Below, in pieces: positions 26,496 to 39,360 of a DNA stretch of 64,000 bases (positions are counted from its first letter, which is position 1; every line of letters starts with the position of its first letter). The translations under genes and the position numbers were made by a program. The notes under the pieces were generated by a model. It was not told the DNA's origin. It ran no database searches and worked only from the letters and a program-made list of their open reading frames with translations. Source of the stretch: the human T2T-CHM13v2.0 reference genome, Homo sapiens; assembly GCF_009914755.1 (NCBI RefSeq), contig NC_060927.1, one strand, 5' to 3'.

Positions 26496-27269
26496 GTAAG
26501 TTTCAACTTCTTTCTTTCAGGGATTAAGGTAACATTATTGACTTAGAACATTTAATGGAGAAAAACTACATTTAGTGGTCTTGAATGAGGTTGAAGAGGC
26601 CTTCTGCTTTTTTCATTTAGTAAAGAGAAAAATAGCAAGTAGCATGCTTATCCGCAATGATGCTGCAACATACTATGACAAGAAGAAATATATCGTTTAT
26701 CTAAAGACTAGTTATGAAGCAGTGAGCTTTTTAATATGATTTGGGTATAACCAAATAAACTGCATATGACTTATATCACCATCAGATTTATTTATTTTTA
26801 TTTATTTTCTGTCTTCATCTATTGGAATGCAAGCTCTCTAAGAGAGTTTTTGTTTTCTTCATGCCTAAAGCACCATTGCTTAGGCCAGTGCCTGCCACAT
26901 AGTGGACTCTTGATAGATACTCGTTGAATGAAGGACCAAATTAATGAATATGGAGTAGGAATGTAAACACTTAGCTTGAATATTTTGCTAACAGCAATTT
27001 ATCACAATTAATTTATATACTGCCTCCCAAAAAGCTCAGAAAAAAAAGTATTCACATGCATTTTCATTTATTCTCAAGGTAACTAAGATGGACAAATAGA
27101 GCAATGTAACATGTTAAATGTGGCCATTTTAGACAAAGAAATGTTTAAAAATTGACATAGGAAAATGATGGAAAAGGAACCAAAAAGAAATATCATCTGA
27201 CTCCTAATCAGTGCTTTTCTTGACAGGCTGGTAGTTTTTAGAATTTGAAATGTTGAAGAATCTGTGTGT

Positions 27270-27700
27270 GTGTTTAACTTTTTGTTGAAGTTCAAGTACA
27301 AACAGAAAACTACACAGATCCTAAGAGGACAGCTTAATCAGTTTTTACAAAAAGTGAAAATACCCATGCAATCCGCACCCAGATTAAGAAGCAACATTGT
27401 CACTACCACCTCCCAAGGGAAATTGCTAACTTGATTTCTGACATCATGGATTCATTTTCTCTGTTTTTATACTTTATATGATTAGAATAAAAGAATATCT
27501 GTTCTTTGGGGTCTGGCTTCTTTCATTCAGTATGTTATTTGTGGTAATTCATCTGTGTTACTGCATGTAGTTGCAGTTTGTTTTCATTGCTGTGTAGTAT
27601 ATCTTACTGTGTGAATGTATCACAGTTACCTTATCTCCTGTAGTAATGGCATTTGGATAGTTTCCAGTTTGGGCTATTAGGAATAGTGTTATTATTTTCT
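27270..27700 (-). mobile_element. Old L1M 3' fragment
   Basis: CTGGCTTCTTTCATTCAG, TTCATTGCTGTGTAGTAT, CATTTGGATAGTTTCCAGTTT. Confidence 0.7.
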
Positions 27701-28172
27701 GTTTTGGTTTTTTAATATCTGGAAACCTTAAGCTTCTTGTTTGGGAACCGTTGTAAATTTATCTTCCTCTTACACTTAACAAGAAATATAAAAGACTTAT
27801 GCAGTACTCTTCAGGTAGAATACAATTATCAGGAAGTTATAAAATCTCCCCTCTTCTATAATAGCATAAGATTAGTCATGTGAACTTGGCCAGAGATTTT
27901 AGAAAGTGATAGAGAACATGAATATTTGATAATACCAAAAATTACATACTTATATACATAATTGTGGAGATACCTTGAGTCAACTCTAAATAGTGGCAGA
28001 AATTTTGTCAAGGTGAAGTTAGGCTCTTGGCTGCTTTGGTGGTAACTTGACTCATAATAGCACCAACAGAAATCCACACTCTTCCTCACTGACCCTCTAA
28101 AATAGTCTGATATTTCCCCACTTTTAAAAAAACAATTTGAAATTTCAGTTTTCTGTTTGCCCAGAAAGCGCC

Positions 28173-28291
28173 ATGGCCTGTGCTGCTGTTATGATTCCTG
28201 GGTTGTTGCGGTGCTCTGTTGGAGCCATCCGTATTGAGGCTGCGTCACTGAGATTGACACTCAGCACTTTGCGCCACCTTACTCTAACCAG
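28173..28291 (+). CDS. OXNAD1: OXNAD1 first coding exon (MACAAVMIPG...HLTLT; mitochondrial-presequence-like)
   Basis: Acceptor CCCAG| at 28164; strong Kozak GCCATGG; donor CAG|GTGAGT; 119 nt. Confidence 0.95.
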
Positions 28292-28397
28292 GTGAGTCAT
28301 TAAGACTTCTGTGTCATTTGAAGTTAATTTTCAAAGAGACCCGACCTGCTGATGGTTGTGGGAGGCATATCAAACTCCCGGAAAGGTAACACCTTAG

Positions 28398-28723
<326 letters not shown>

Positions 28724-28878
28724 AAAACTTTAGTTAGACGGGCAGATACTCACTGGCCATTTTATAGGATCTGTAATGTTACACTGTATTTAGGATAACC
28801 ATGATATTTCAGGAAAAACTAATTTTATTATTTTTATGAGGATAATATGTAATAACCTAATTTTACTTTCTATTAAAG

Positions 28879-28942
28879 CATAATGAAATCCAAAAGGAAA
28901 ACTGATCACATGGAGAGAACTGCAAGTGTCCTTCGACGGGAG
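28879..28942 (+). CDS. OXNAD1: OXNAD1 coding exon 2 (S-IMKSKRKTDHMERTASVLRRE)
   Basis: AAAG| acceptor, GAG|GTTTGT donor; 64 nt keeps frame. Confidence 0.93.
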
Positions 28943-30132
28943 GTTTGTATCTTTGGGGTATGACAGGTTTTTCCAGCTAGACCGTTTACATGTGGTTATG
29001 ACTGGCTTATGGGTAAAGCATTAGATGAGTCTGGTCCTTTTGAAGGAGAGTTGGGAAGTTTGTTATTTTTCTATTTAGAAATTTTCTGAGCAGGACATTT
29101 GATATCTGATTTGAAAAGATGACAGATACTCAAATTTTTCCCTTTAAACTTGGAATGAATGGATTACCTTTTGATGAAGCAAGTAGAGCAGCAACTGAGG
29201 GAGCCATCCTCACAGGTATGATGTTTAGGGTTATGTTTTAGCACTAGAACTTCCTTTAAAGCCTACATTTTATGAATAGCTTACCTTTCTCTGTTTTTTT
29301 GTGTGGGGTCTTTTTTTTTTTTTTGCGTCACATCTCAAAGTTCTTGTTCTCATTCCTGCTTTAGAGCAACTTATTTCATCAAGGGAGAAAGCACTAACAT
29401 CTGAGAAAGGAAAGTGGACGAGCTCTTGTTACCCTTCTAATGTACAGATTTTTTCCACCATATTCAGACTATAGAAAGCTAATCTACCACCTGAAGGGGT
29501 GTCAAGGGCTGAGAAATAAAGGATCCTCACCCTTTACCTCAGTGAGTAACCCCATTTTTGTTTAAAAACATAAATCGGATATTTGATTTTGCTTTTTTGA
29601 ATGTTTATCACTTACTCAGATATATTTAGCTTAGTGTTATAAGTATATGTAAGCTAACAATAAAAAAACTATTTCATGTAAAGAAGGATTATATACTTCT
29701 ACAAACATGGGCAGAAATTATATTGTCTCATTTAAATTTATCTATTAATAGAAGGATACACTTTAATGTAAAGGCATATTGTTTAGGCCCTACTTTTAAG
29801 GCTAACTTCTTTCAGAAAGTTACTTTGGGACTAAGGGTAATGTGTTTGTTGATTCAGCTTAAAGTTCTTTTTTTTTTTTTTTTTTGAGAAGTCTGTAAAA
29901 TTAGTTTAGCATAGTAGATTTAGGAGCTTGTGGGGAAGTACACTTTTTCCAATAATAAATCTGAAAATACTTTTTTTTTGGTTTGTTCAAGTGACCAAAA
30001 ATGCTGATTCTGTAAATGTGAGACTTGTTAGGATTTCTTTTTATAAAATGAAGGCCTTGCAAATTATGAAAAAAAAAAGTGATTTATCTTACAGGCTCTT
30101 TCCTGTTGTATTTTGAGGCTGGTAGAATTAGA

Positions 30133-30321
30133 GCAGAGGTTGAAAATCTTTCCCTAGAAGGCCAGATAGTAAATACTTTAGATTTTTTGGGCCGTGCTGT
30201 CTTAATTACAACTTCTAATCTTTGATTTTATAATGTGAAAAGAGCCATAGACAGTATGTATACAAATTTCATTTACCAAACACCCAGATTTGGCCTGCAG
30301 GTAATAATTTGCTAGTCCCTG
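30133..30321. mobile_element. MER58A-like
   Basis: AAGGCCAGATAGTAAATA..TTAG; GCCATAGACA; ATTTGGCCTGCAGG..TTTGCTAGTCCCTG. Confidence 0.75.
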
Positions 30322-30595
30322 AATTAGAGTATTCATTTCAGAATTTTATTTTACAAGACCAATTAATTTTAATAGCCTGCAGAAACTAAGTGAAATATAA
30401 GCAAAAAAGAATCATCAAGCATTTACAAACAATTAGTATATTATTTACTGTTTAGCGTCAACTGATATTTACTGAGCACCTCCTGTTTTCCAGGACCAAA
30501 AACTTGTTTCTTACCTTACAGAATTCTCAAAACTATGCCGTAAGATACATAATAATATTTTAAGACAGGTAAGATAGATAGATAGTTAATAGTAT

Positions 30596-30919
<324 letters not shown>

Positions 30920-32504
30920 TAACAGATGAAAAGACTAAGAATCGGACTAATAGGAACTTGCACAGCATCCATCATAGGCATTAACATACTTAATTATGTT
31001 GACTGCCAATTCTAAGGAAACATATCTATTTCTCACATTTTTATTGTTACCACAAAGTCTTTTACATTTTTCAAATTTGTGTGGATATAAACAGTATTTT
31101 TATTTATATCACCATCATTTCTGTTTCCTAATAAAAGACCTTTATCTCCCTAAGGTTATCACCACTTATCTATAATTTCTTGTTTATTAATTTTAATAAA
31201 ATATACATAAGTGGGAATGTACAGTATTCAGTATTCTGTGGTTTACAAATGAGGCAGGCACATACTTTAAAGGTTACACCTATTAAGAAATAGATGCTAA
31301 TGGCACGTCTCTCTCTGAGTACGCTCACACTCCCTTTTGTTGGGTGTGTGCTTTCCCTCTTCCAATAAATCACTGTACTATCACTAAAAAAAAAAAAAAA
31401 ACAAAAGATATCAACTATGATTTCTAAAATATACTTAAATATATTTAAAATTAACCTCATTAAAATTTTTGGTTTATAAATATAACTATAACTACAGTAT
31501 GTTAAGCTTAAATGACTATGTATTATGATGGTTAGTGACATATAAAGTACTGATATACATATTCTTTCAAGTTTGAAGTACCTCACCTGAGAACTCGGCT
31601 AAGGGGCAGTTCCTTAGTTTGGTTCCACTGGAATAAAATTATAAAAGGTGTATTTTCCTTTATGTAACAGATACATAACTATAGCCAAAAGGTCAGGCAA
31701 CACAGAATTCAGTAAATACTGAGGATAATGCAATAGTTAATGTCAAATTCTAGCCAACTTCTAGTATTATGAAAGTATGTCTAATCTTAGGGAAAACCTG
31801 TTCTAACAAAATTATCTTAAGAAAAAGGGAAAGAACTATAAAGAAACAGACTATTAGAGATCTAGTAAATATTTTATAGATTAGGGACTGAGCTTCAGTC
31901 TTGATAAGTAACTTGCCCAAGCCATATATGCCAGTGGTGAAACCAGGACTGATTGCTGAACCTGACGTCTGTTTCAGGTTCTTTTGAACATGCCCTTGTT
32001 CTTTCATGTTATGACCGAATCGTACCATTTATTCACCGAATTTTAACTTTAATTTGGAAAATTATCAACTAATAAAACTTTTTCTCTTCAGCACAACTCT
32101 CTAGTTTTTCTAAAAATGAGCATTTTAAGAACAGGATACAGTTGATAACATTAGAGCACTCTCATAGTTCCTTAAGATCAGAACTTTATACAGGAAAAAG
32201 TTCCCTTTACATAAAGTTTGATTTGGCTGGAGAAAGCTTATAAAACAGTCATAGCTTTAAAGCCTTTTTACTCTGTATCATAGTGACATCCCCTGTTGTA
32301 AAACAGTTTTTTATCATCTGACATTTTCTTCAGATAGCCAGTTTTCCTGCTTTGGCTGTCTTATAAGAACTTCCAAAGACTTCAGTCTACCTATAGTTTG
32401 TTGTTTGTAGGTCAGGAAGAGTTATCTTAGAATGTAGCTTACAGACTTTCTGCCAAAAATGTTCTTTAGTTGTGTCTTGTCTGCAGTAAGAATGTTCAAT
32501 TTGT

Positions 32505-32812
32505 GGTCAAGCGCAGTGGCTCGTGTCTGTAATCCCAGCACTTTGGGAGGCTGAAACAGGAGGATCACTTGAGACCAGGAGTTTAAGACCAGCTTGGGCA
32601 ACATAGCAAGACCCAGTCTCTGCAAAAAGTTAAAATTAGCTGGACATGGCGGTGTGCTTGTAGTCCTGGCTACTCAGGAGGCTGAGGCAGGAGGATCACT
32701 TGAACCCAGGAGTTCAAGGTTACTAACGTAAGCTATTATGGTGCCACTGCACTCCAGCCTGTGTGGCAGAGCAAGACCCTGTCTCTTTAAAAAAGAAAAG
32801 AAAAGAAAAGAA
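32505..32812 (+). mobile_element. AluJ inserted into the THAP5 pseudogene CDS
   Basis: GGAGGATCACTTGAG, CATAGCAAGACCC diagnostics; interrupts ...NYG/QIEHSY... Confidence 0.93.
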
Positions 32813-33264
32813 TCTTCCATAGTTTACATCCTTATGTAAGGAGTCTTCAATGTCTATGTCTTCCATTTCCCTGGTTTCTTTTTGGGCAGATATAAAAGAA
32901 TTAACTACGGGTTTAGAAAAATGGCAATAATAGATTATTTATTTGTGTTTAATTCTTCAACTGTTTGATTAATTGTGCTAAATAAGAATGAATTATCCTG
33001 TGCTGACCTGATTTTCATGGAATATTTGTAAAATTTGGATTAGCAAGATGATTGGTAGTTATTTCAAGCACTTCTTGGGTTTCCAAAGACTGTTGAATAC
33101 CTTCTGAATTTGAAATTATCAAAGTAATAGTTGTAAAATTTAGATACTCAAAAGATGTGTGAAAAGCACCTATATCCATATTTTAGTTAACTGATGTTTC
33201 CAACGTAGATTCTGGTTTCCTAGTTAATCTTGTTTAACTAGTTTAAGAGTTAACATGTATTTTG

Positions 33265-33357
33265 ACTTGAACCTGGGAGGCAGAGGTTGCAGTGAGCCAA
33301 GATTGCGCTACTGCACTCTAGCCTGGGCAACAGAGTAAGACTCTGTCTCAAAAAGAA
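33265..33357 (+). mobile_element. 5'-truncated Alu right-arm fragment
   Basis: 20-bp TSD AAGAGTTAACAWGTATTTTG at 33245-33264 and 33358-33377. Confidence 0.93.
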
Positions 33358-34127
33358 AAGAGTTAACAAGTATTTTGTATACTTCTTGGTTTTAGAAGCC
33401 AGTGGCTTCACCAAGGCAGATGAATCAAGTAATTGCGTGTTCAGGGAGCACATCTGTGTTAACTATATTTTTCTTTGCCTCATTTAATACAAGTGATTTT
33501 TCTGATTTGGCTTTTAGGCATACTTTTTTCTCATCTTCCAATTGTTTCTTCTGTGAATTTTTTTTTTTTTTAAGAAGGATCTTTTACTTGATTGTCTTCA
33601 GGCAGAGGAAAAAGTTGTTGGAACTGTACTTTGTTTTAAATATCAAATCCCCCGTCTGATGTCAAGAGAGTCAGGAGTGAAATGGTCACTACATAGTAAC
33701 TGGTATTTACTAGAAACCCATCAATCTTGCTATTTTTTTTTTTTTTTTTACCACTTTTCAAGTGTTTCTTTGTCATTTAGAGGAAATGGGTAAAAACTCA
33801 GCTTCTGGTCTTTATTTTTTTTGTTCCTGGCGATTTGTAGAGTAAATCGCTGTCCTGTATAGCTGAGTTTCACTTGTATGAGGTCCTGGGAGACCCGGGG
33901 CCAGCAAAAGGTGCAAGGCGGCCCTTCTTCCATTTCAGAATTTTATAGGACAAAATTATTGGGACTTTTGGGGGTTATTTTGAGCCAAATTTAGGTAAAC
34001 TACAAAGAAAGTTAATGCAAACTCTTGAGAATTTTAGTGCCCACAAGTCAGAAAATTACAGGAAAATCCAATCATGGTACTACCTTTCAGGAAATTTTTA
34101 GTTGCATCTCTTCTCCTCTTCTGTTTC

Positions 34128-34442
<315 letters not shown>

Positions 34443-36649
34443 TCCTCTTCTGTTTCTAATTTCCCCTCTTCTCCCATACAGAATGAGAACTGCGAAGAGT
34501 TGGGAGGAACTGGAGAAAGCTAGATGGTATCTGGCTTTCTCAGCAGTATATGGTCATTAGGAACTTGCCCCAATCTCCAGAGGGTGCTCCTAGCCATAGA
34601 GTAGGGGCTGGACCCTGGACTCGTTGAAATGAATGGCACCTCAGGTTTGGCCATAACAGAACTGGATCAGCTTCTTATAGTCTCGTCTTCCATTCTTGCC
34701 TTTAATTTGTATAGTGAGTATACTTTACACATGTTATTTGCTCTTCAGTTCAAGTCCATGAGGTAGCCTAAGGATACGATGCCATCTGGATTTTACAAAG
34801 AGGAAGCAGGGCCTAGGACATGTCTCTCAGTGACGAAAGGAAGCTCCAGCTCAGAATTCCTAGCTAAAGGACTGTGTTGCTACTCTTGGAGTCGACAGGA
34901 AATGGAATACTCACCCAGAAATGTTCTTTTGGTTTTGGGCATGTATTTCCTCTGGAAAGTTTACTGAATGACCATTTATGATGTTTATGCTTCTTACTTG
35001 GGACTGTAACTGTAAGTAGTCTGAGATTGTGCTGATGGAGGAAACTGAACTCTGAATTGAATTACATTGGAATGTTTGTGTTCAAGTTTTATTCATTTTA
35101 TTCTTAAGAATCAAAAGAATAAGCAGTCTGAGTAACCCTAGAAATGTCAAGGAGATAAAGATAGAAATACTGTAATGCAGTAAAGATTGTTCAGGCAAGA
35201 CAAATTTTACTGGAGGGGGTCATTCCGTGCTTGGCCTCTACAGACTGTTGGCCTACTGAGCAATATATGCTCTGTTCATCAGTTTGTTGGGAGAGTTTGG
35301 CAGTGAAAGAATTTCTTAAATTACTAATTCATATGCATTCATTTGTTCATTTGGAAATGTGCCAGACCCTGGGCCAGATCCTGGGGTTACAGCATTGAAA
35401 ATGATAGATAAGCTCCTATCCTCAGATTTTAATGGGACTCTGATCAGAAGACTTTATGCACCTAATTGATTTTGGAAATCTTTCTAATTCTTTTTCTATT
35501 GTACTAGTTTGCTTTTAGAAGCCTGTGTCTTTTCCTACAGTATCTTATGTGTATGTTGCCTTTTTGTTTACAAAGCACCAGATTATACAACAGATTGGTA
35601 CTTGATTCTCACAACCATTCTGGGAGGGACATGTAGGGATTTTAATTTCTATTTCACAGATGAGGGGATTAAGAATCAAAGATTTAGGTAGGATGACCCT
35701 GCTTCCTCATTTGCCTGAAATAGTCCTGGTTTATGCCTCTCGTTCCTGGTGTAATAGCACTCACTTTCACTCTCAAAATTATTCTGTCTTGAATGATAAA
35801 TTATATTGTTGTCCTAAGTTTAAAGGACTTGTTCAAGGGACAAGGACTCAGTCCTTGAACTCAGATCTTTGATAATAAAATCAGCTTTCCTTTATGTTAC
35901 AGCAGAATATGACACTCTGTTTAGACGGACAAGGCTTAATTGAGCAATGTGTTACTAGGCATGAGAAACGGGGGAGATACTGATGGCAGAGTGGTTAGTT
36001 AATAAATGGCTGGGCCCCTGGGGCAGATGCCTTTGGGGATCCTACAGTTCCAGGTGCTGATTTTCCAATGCTTATAATCCGCTTGTGATCTTGATGAGGC
36101 TTGGGTTTGAATGGGATGGTCTGCTTAGCTGCAGAGTGGACTATGTCCCAAGGCTAACTTTTACAATTCTCTACTGGTCATCACCTATGCATGTCAAGGA
36201 GATTGTGGTAGAGTGGTCACTTCAATTTGAGGTAGGGGGCATCTTTTCAACATGCACTGTTTCTCAACAGTTATTCCTGTAACTTGCTTTGGTTATTAGA
36301 GCTTGATGGTCAAAGAACCTTTTAGAGATGATCCAGCCTGGGATGAGCAGTGCTTGACGCTCCTGGCTTCACACTGTCAGCAGTGACAAAGCAGAGCAGG
36401 TGGAGAGAAACCTCAGGCACTCACTGCCTGGAGGTAGTTGTAGGGGATCTGGGGGGCTGGACTGCAGCTCTTAGAAAAACTCCCAAGGAAGTATAGTCTG
36501 ATGGCCCTGGCAGCTGGCCTCTGGCCCCTAGGGGTGTGTAACTAACTCTTCTGTGAGTTGAAGGCTACAAAGAAAGGGAGGCTCCTTGGGGAAAGGCCCA
36601 GTTTAGCAGCTCTGTAATCATAGTATCTAGCACAGTGCCGGAGAAAAAA

Positions 36650-37200
36650 AGAGTTCCCTGTTGGCTGTGTTAAATTTGAAATGGAAATTAAACAGGCTGT
36701 TGGACATGTGAGATGAGAGTTTAACTGCTAGAGATGAAAAGTTGAGGCCACGTAGAGAGTAAGGGAAGAGGACTCAGGACTCAGCCCAGGAATGTGTCAA
36801 CAGTTAGAGGCCAAGCAGAAGAGCAAGAGCCAGCAAAGGAGATGGAGAAGGAGTGGCCAGCCAGATAGGAAGGAGATCAGCAGAGTGTTCTTGGAGCCAG
36901 GGGGAAAAGTATTTCAAGAAAGAGAGAGGAGCCAACTGTGCTGAATTCTGCTGAGAGGTCATCACTGGATTTACCAAAGTGGATAGTGGGTGACCAGAAT
37001 GACTGGCTTTAGTACATTACTGAGGGTGAAAGCCTGATCAGATTGTGTTGAGGAGAGAATGGGAGATGAGAAAGTGGAGACAGGACCATATGTAACTCTT
37101 GAAATGTTGTAATATGAATGGGAGCAGAGAAATGGGGTGAAAGCTGGATTAAAGGAGAAGCTTGTTTTGTTTGTTGTATTTTGAAAAGCAGCAAAGACCA
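36650..37200 (-). mobile_element. L2 fragment
   Basis: Purine-rich; CAACTGTGCTGAATTCTGCTGAGAGGTC..CACTGGATTTA. Confidence 0.6.
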
Positions 37201-38559
37201 CAAGTGCCTGGTTTTAAATCTGCTTTGCCCCTTACTGGCTCTGGGACCTCAGTTTTCTCATATGTAAAATGGGGATATAATAATATTGGCTTTCTAGAGT
37301 TGTGAAGACTGAGTGAATCAATGTATGTAAAGTGCCTGACATATGGTAAGGATGTCTATAAGTGTTTGCTGCTGTTGTTGTTGTTACATGTTACATGAGG
37401 TGGGAGATCCTAGAGCTCGTGTGTTCTGATGGGGAGGGTAGAGAGGGTGTGATGCAGGAGAGAGGATAGTTGCTGGAGGGAAGGCTTGAGAAGACGGAGA
37501 GGAGACCAGCCCAGGTGGACAGGTTAGCCTTTGGTAGGAGTAAAGTGAGTTTACTTGTCATTCTAGGGCATAGTGTTAACCAGCATAAGCCATTTAAGAA
37601 GTTAAATTGTGTGGTTGACGGAGAATTTTGTGTCTACCTTTGTTAGTAAATCACTTGAGTAAAATCTGCTTCTAGTCAGATTCCTACACATCAGATTGAT
37701 ACTCTGCTACCATTTAAATAATGTCTCTGGGTCTCGGTGTCTTTGTGTGTAAAATGGCATATGATTCTTGATAATGACTAAAGTTTCCTTCAATTCTGAA
37801 ATTCTCTGAACCATACCTACATTTTTGTTTTAGGTCATCTCTAGTCATGGCTTTGCCTAAATTTTTAAGCCAGAAAATGAATGAACAGGAGTGAACAGGG
37901 AAAGCTAGCCAGGTTTCCAAAGAAATACCTATTTCCTGTACAGAGACTTTTGCACCAGCGGTAACATCAAAATATCCTACATAAAACCAGCTTTTTAAAC
38001 AAGTGTGATGGAATTTCCTTTTAGATGCTGACTCTGCCTCAGCATTAAACATGTGTACTGGTAAAGTTGGCAAATGTGTTGTTATTTTACTGAACACTGG
38101 AAAAGCATAAATGTTGTTTTATGGAAAACTTCATTTCCTGCCATGTGTTTTAACTTAGGACATGGATAGTTGAGGTTTCAGTTGTGAATCTTTCGATCCA
38201 TTAAGTATAAGAGCCAATACAAATGATAAAATAAATAGTTTCTCCACTATGTTTTGCCTATCCAACAAAAGAATAGCATATAACAGGGGCCACAATTACA
38301 GGTCCTAATTATATGAACTAGCTTTTGGAGTAAAATAAATATGTGGTCTTCAAAAAGATTTCGTTGATGTTTTTAATCCACATTGCTAGAAATCTATATA
38401 GTATACAGCATTTGTGTTAAGCAAAATAAAATAGTAACAGGGAAGCATGTCTTTAAAAATAATGAATTGTGCAGGGTATTTTATGTTCCAGATATAGATA
38501 AAACAATTTTGTCCAGTTTGTTAGGATAAATAGCAGTAGGTACATTACTGTTTGTATTT

Positions 38560-38794
38560 CAGGTTGAGTATCTCTAATGCAAAAATCTGAAATCTGAAAT
38601 GCTCCAAAATCCAAAACGTTTTGAGTACTGACGTGACACTCAAAGGAAATGCTCATTGGAGCCTTTTGGATTTCAGATTTTCACATGAGAGATGTTCAAC
38701 CTATAAGTATAATGCAAATATTCCAAAATTGAAAAAAAATTGAAATCCTAAACACTTCCGGTCCAAGCATTTCAGGTAAGGGATACTCAGCCTG
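38560..38794. mobile_element. Tigger4a/MER46-like MITE
   Basis: TIRs CAGGTTGAGTATC / GATACTCAGCCTG. Confidence 0.85.
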
Positions 38795-39106
38795 TCATAC
38801 CAATAATTGGTCATAGACAGCATCCAAATGAAAATATGGCTTAATAGAAAGTATAGCTTGTTTCCTTCCTCATTGAATTTTACATTTGGACATTGGAAAA
38901 TGACTAATGCTTCCATTTCACATAGCCTAGCACTTGATCGTGACGCATTCTCAGGTGTCTCAGCTGAAATTCTTTTCCCTATCTAGTTTTGTTAAGGAAT
39001 TCAACACATGCCAGTTAAGCTGTCAGAAATGAAATAATCTACCTCGAGGCTGTATTTTAACAGATTATTATATCGAAAGAAAAAAATGAATGTTTATAAA
39101 ATAACA

Positions 39107-39360
39107 TTTCTTTTTTTTTTTTTTTTTTTTTGAGACAGGGTCTCACTTGGCTCACTGCAGTCTTGACCTCCAGGCTCAAGTGATCCTCCCACCTCAGCCT
39201 TCCGAGTAGCTGGGACTACAAGTGTGCCACCATGCCTAGCTAATGTTTGTAATTTTTTTTTTTTTTTTTTTTTTTTGTAGAGATGTGGGGTTTTGCCACG
39301 TTGCCCAGGCTGGTCTCAAACTCCTGGGCTCAAGCTATCTGCCTGCCTTGGTCTCCCAAA
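39107..39360 (-). mobile_element. AluJ, internally deleted and truncated
   Basis: GAGACAGGGTCTCAC joined directly to TTGGCTCACTGCAG; long middle T run. Confidence 0.9.

Noticed and set aside
29868-29885. T run considered as the THAP5 retrocopy poly(A) tail
   Set aside because: Lies outside the 16-bp TSD at 30334-30349
32721-32727. Perfect TACTAAC branch-point heptamer inside an Alu
   Set aside because: No polypyrimidine tract and AG at a suitable distance; likely chance
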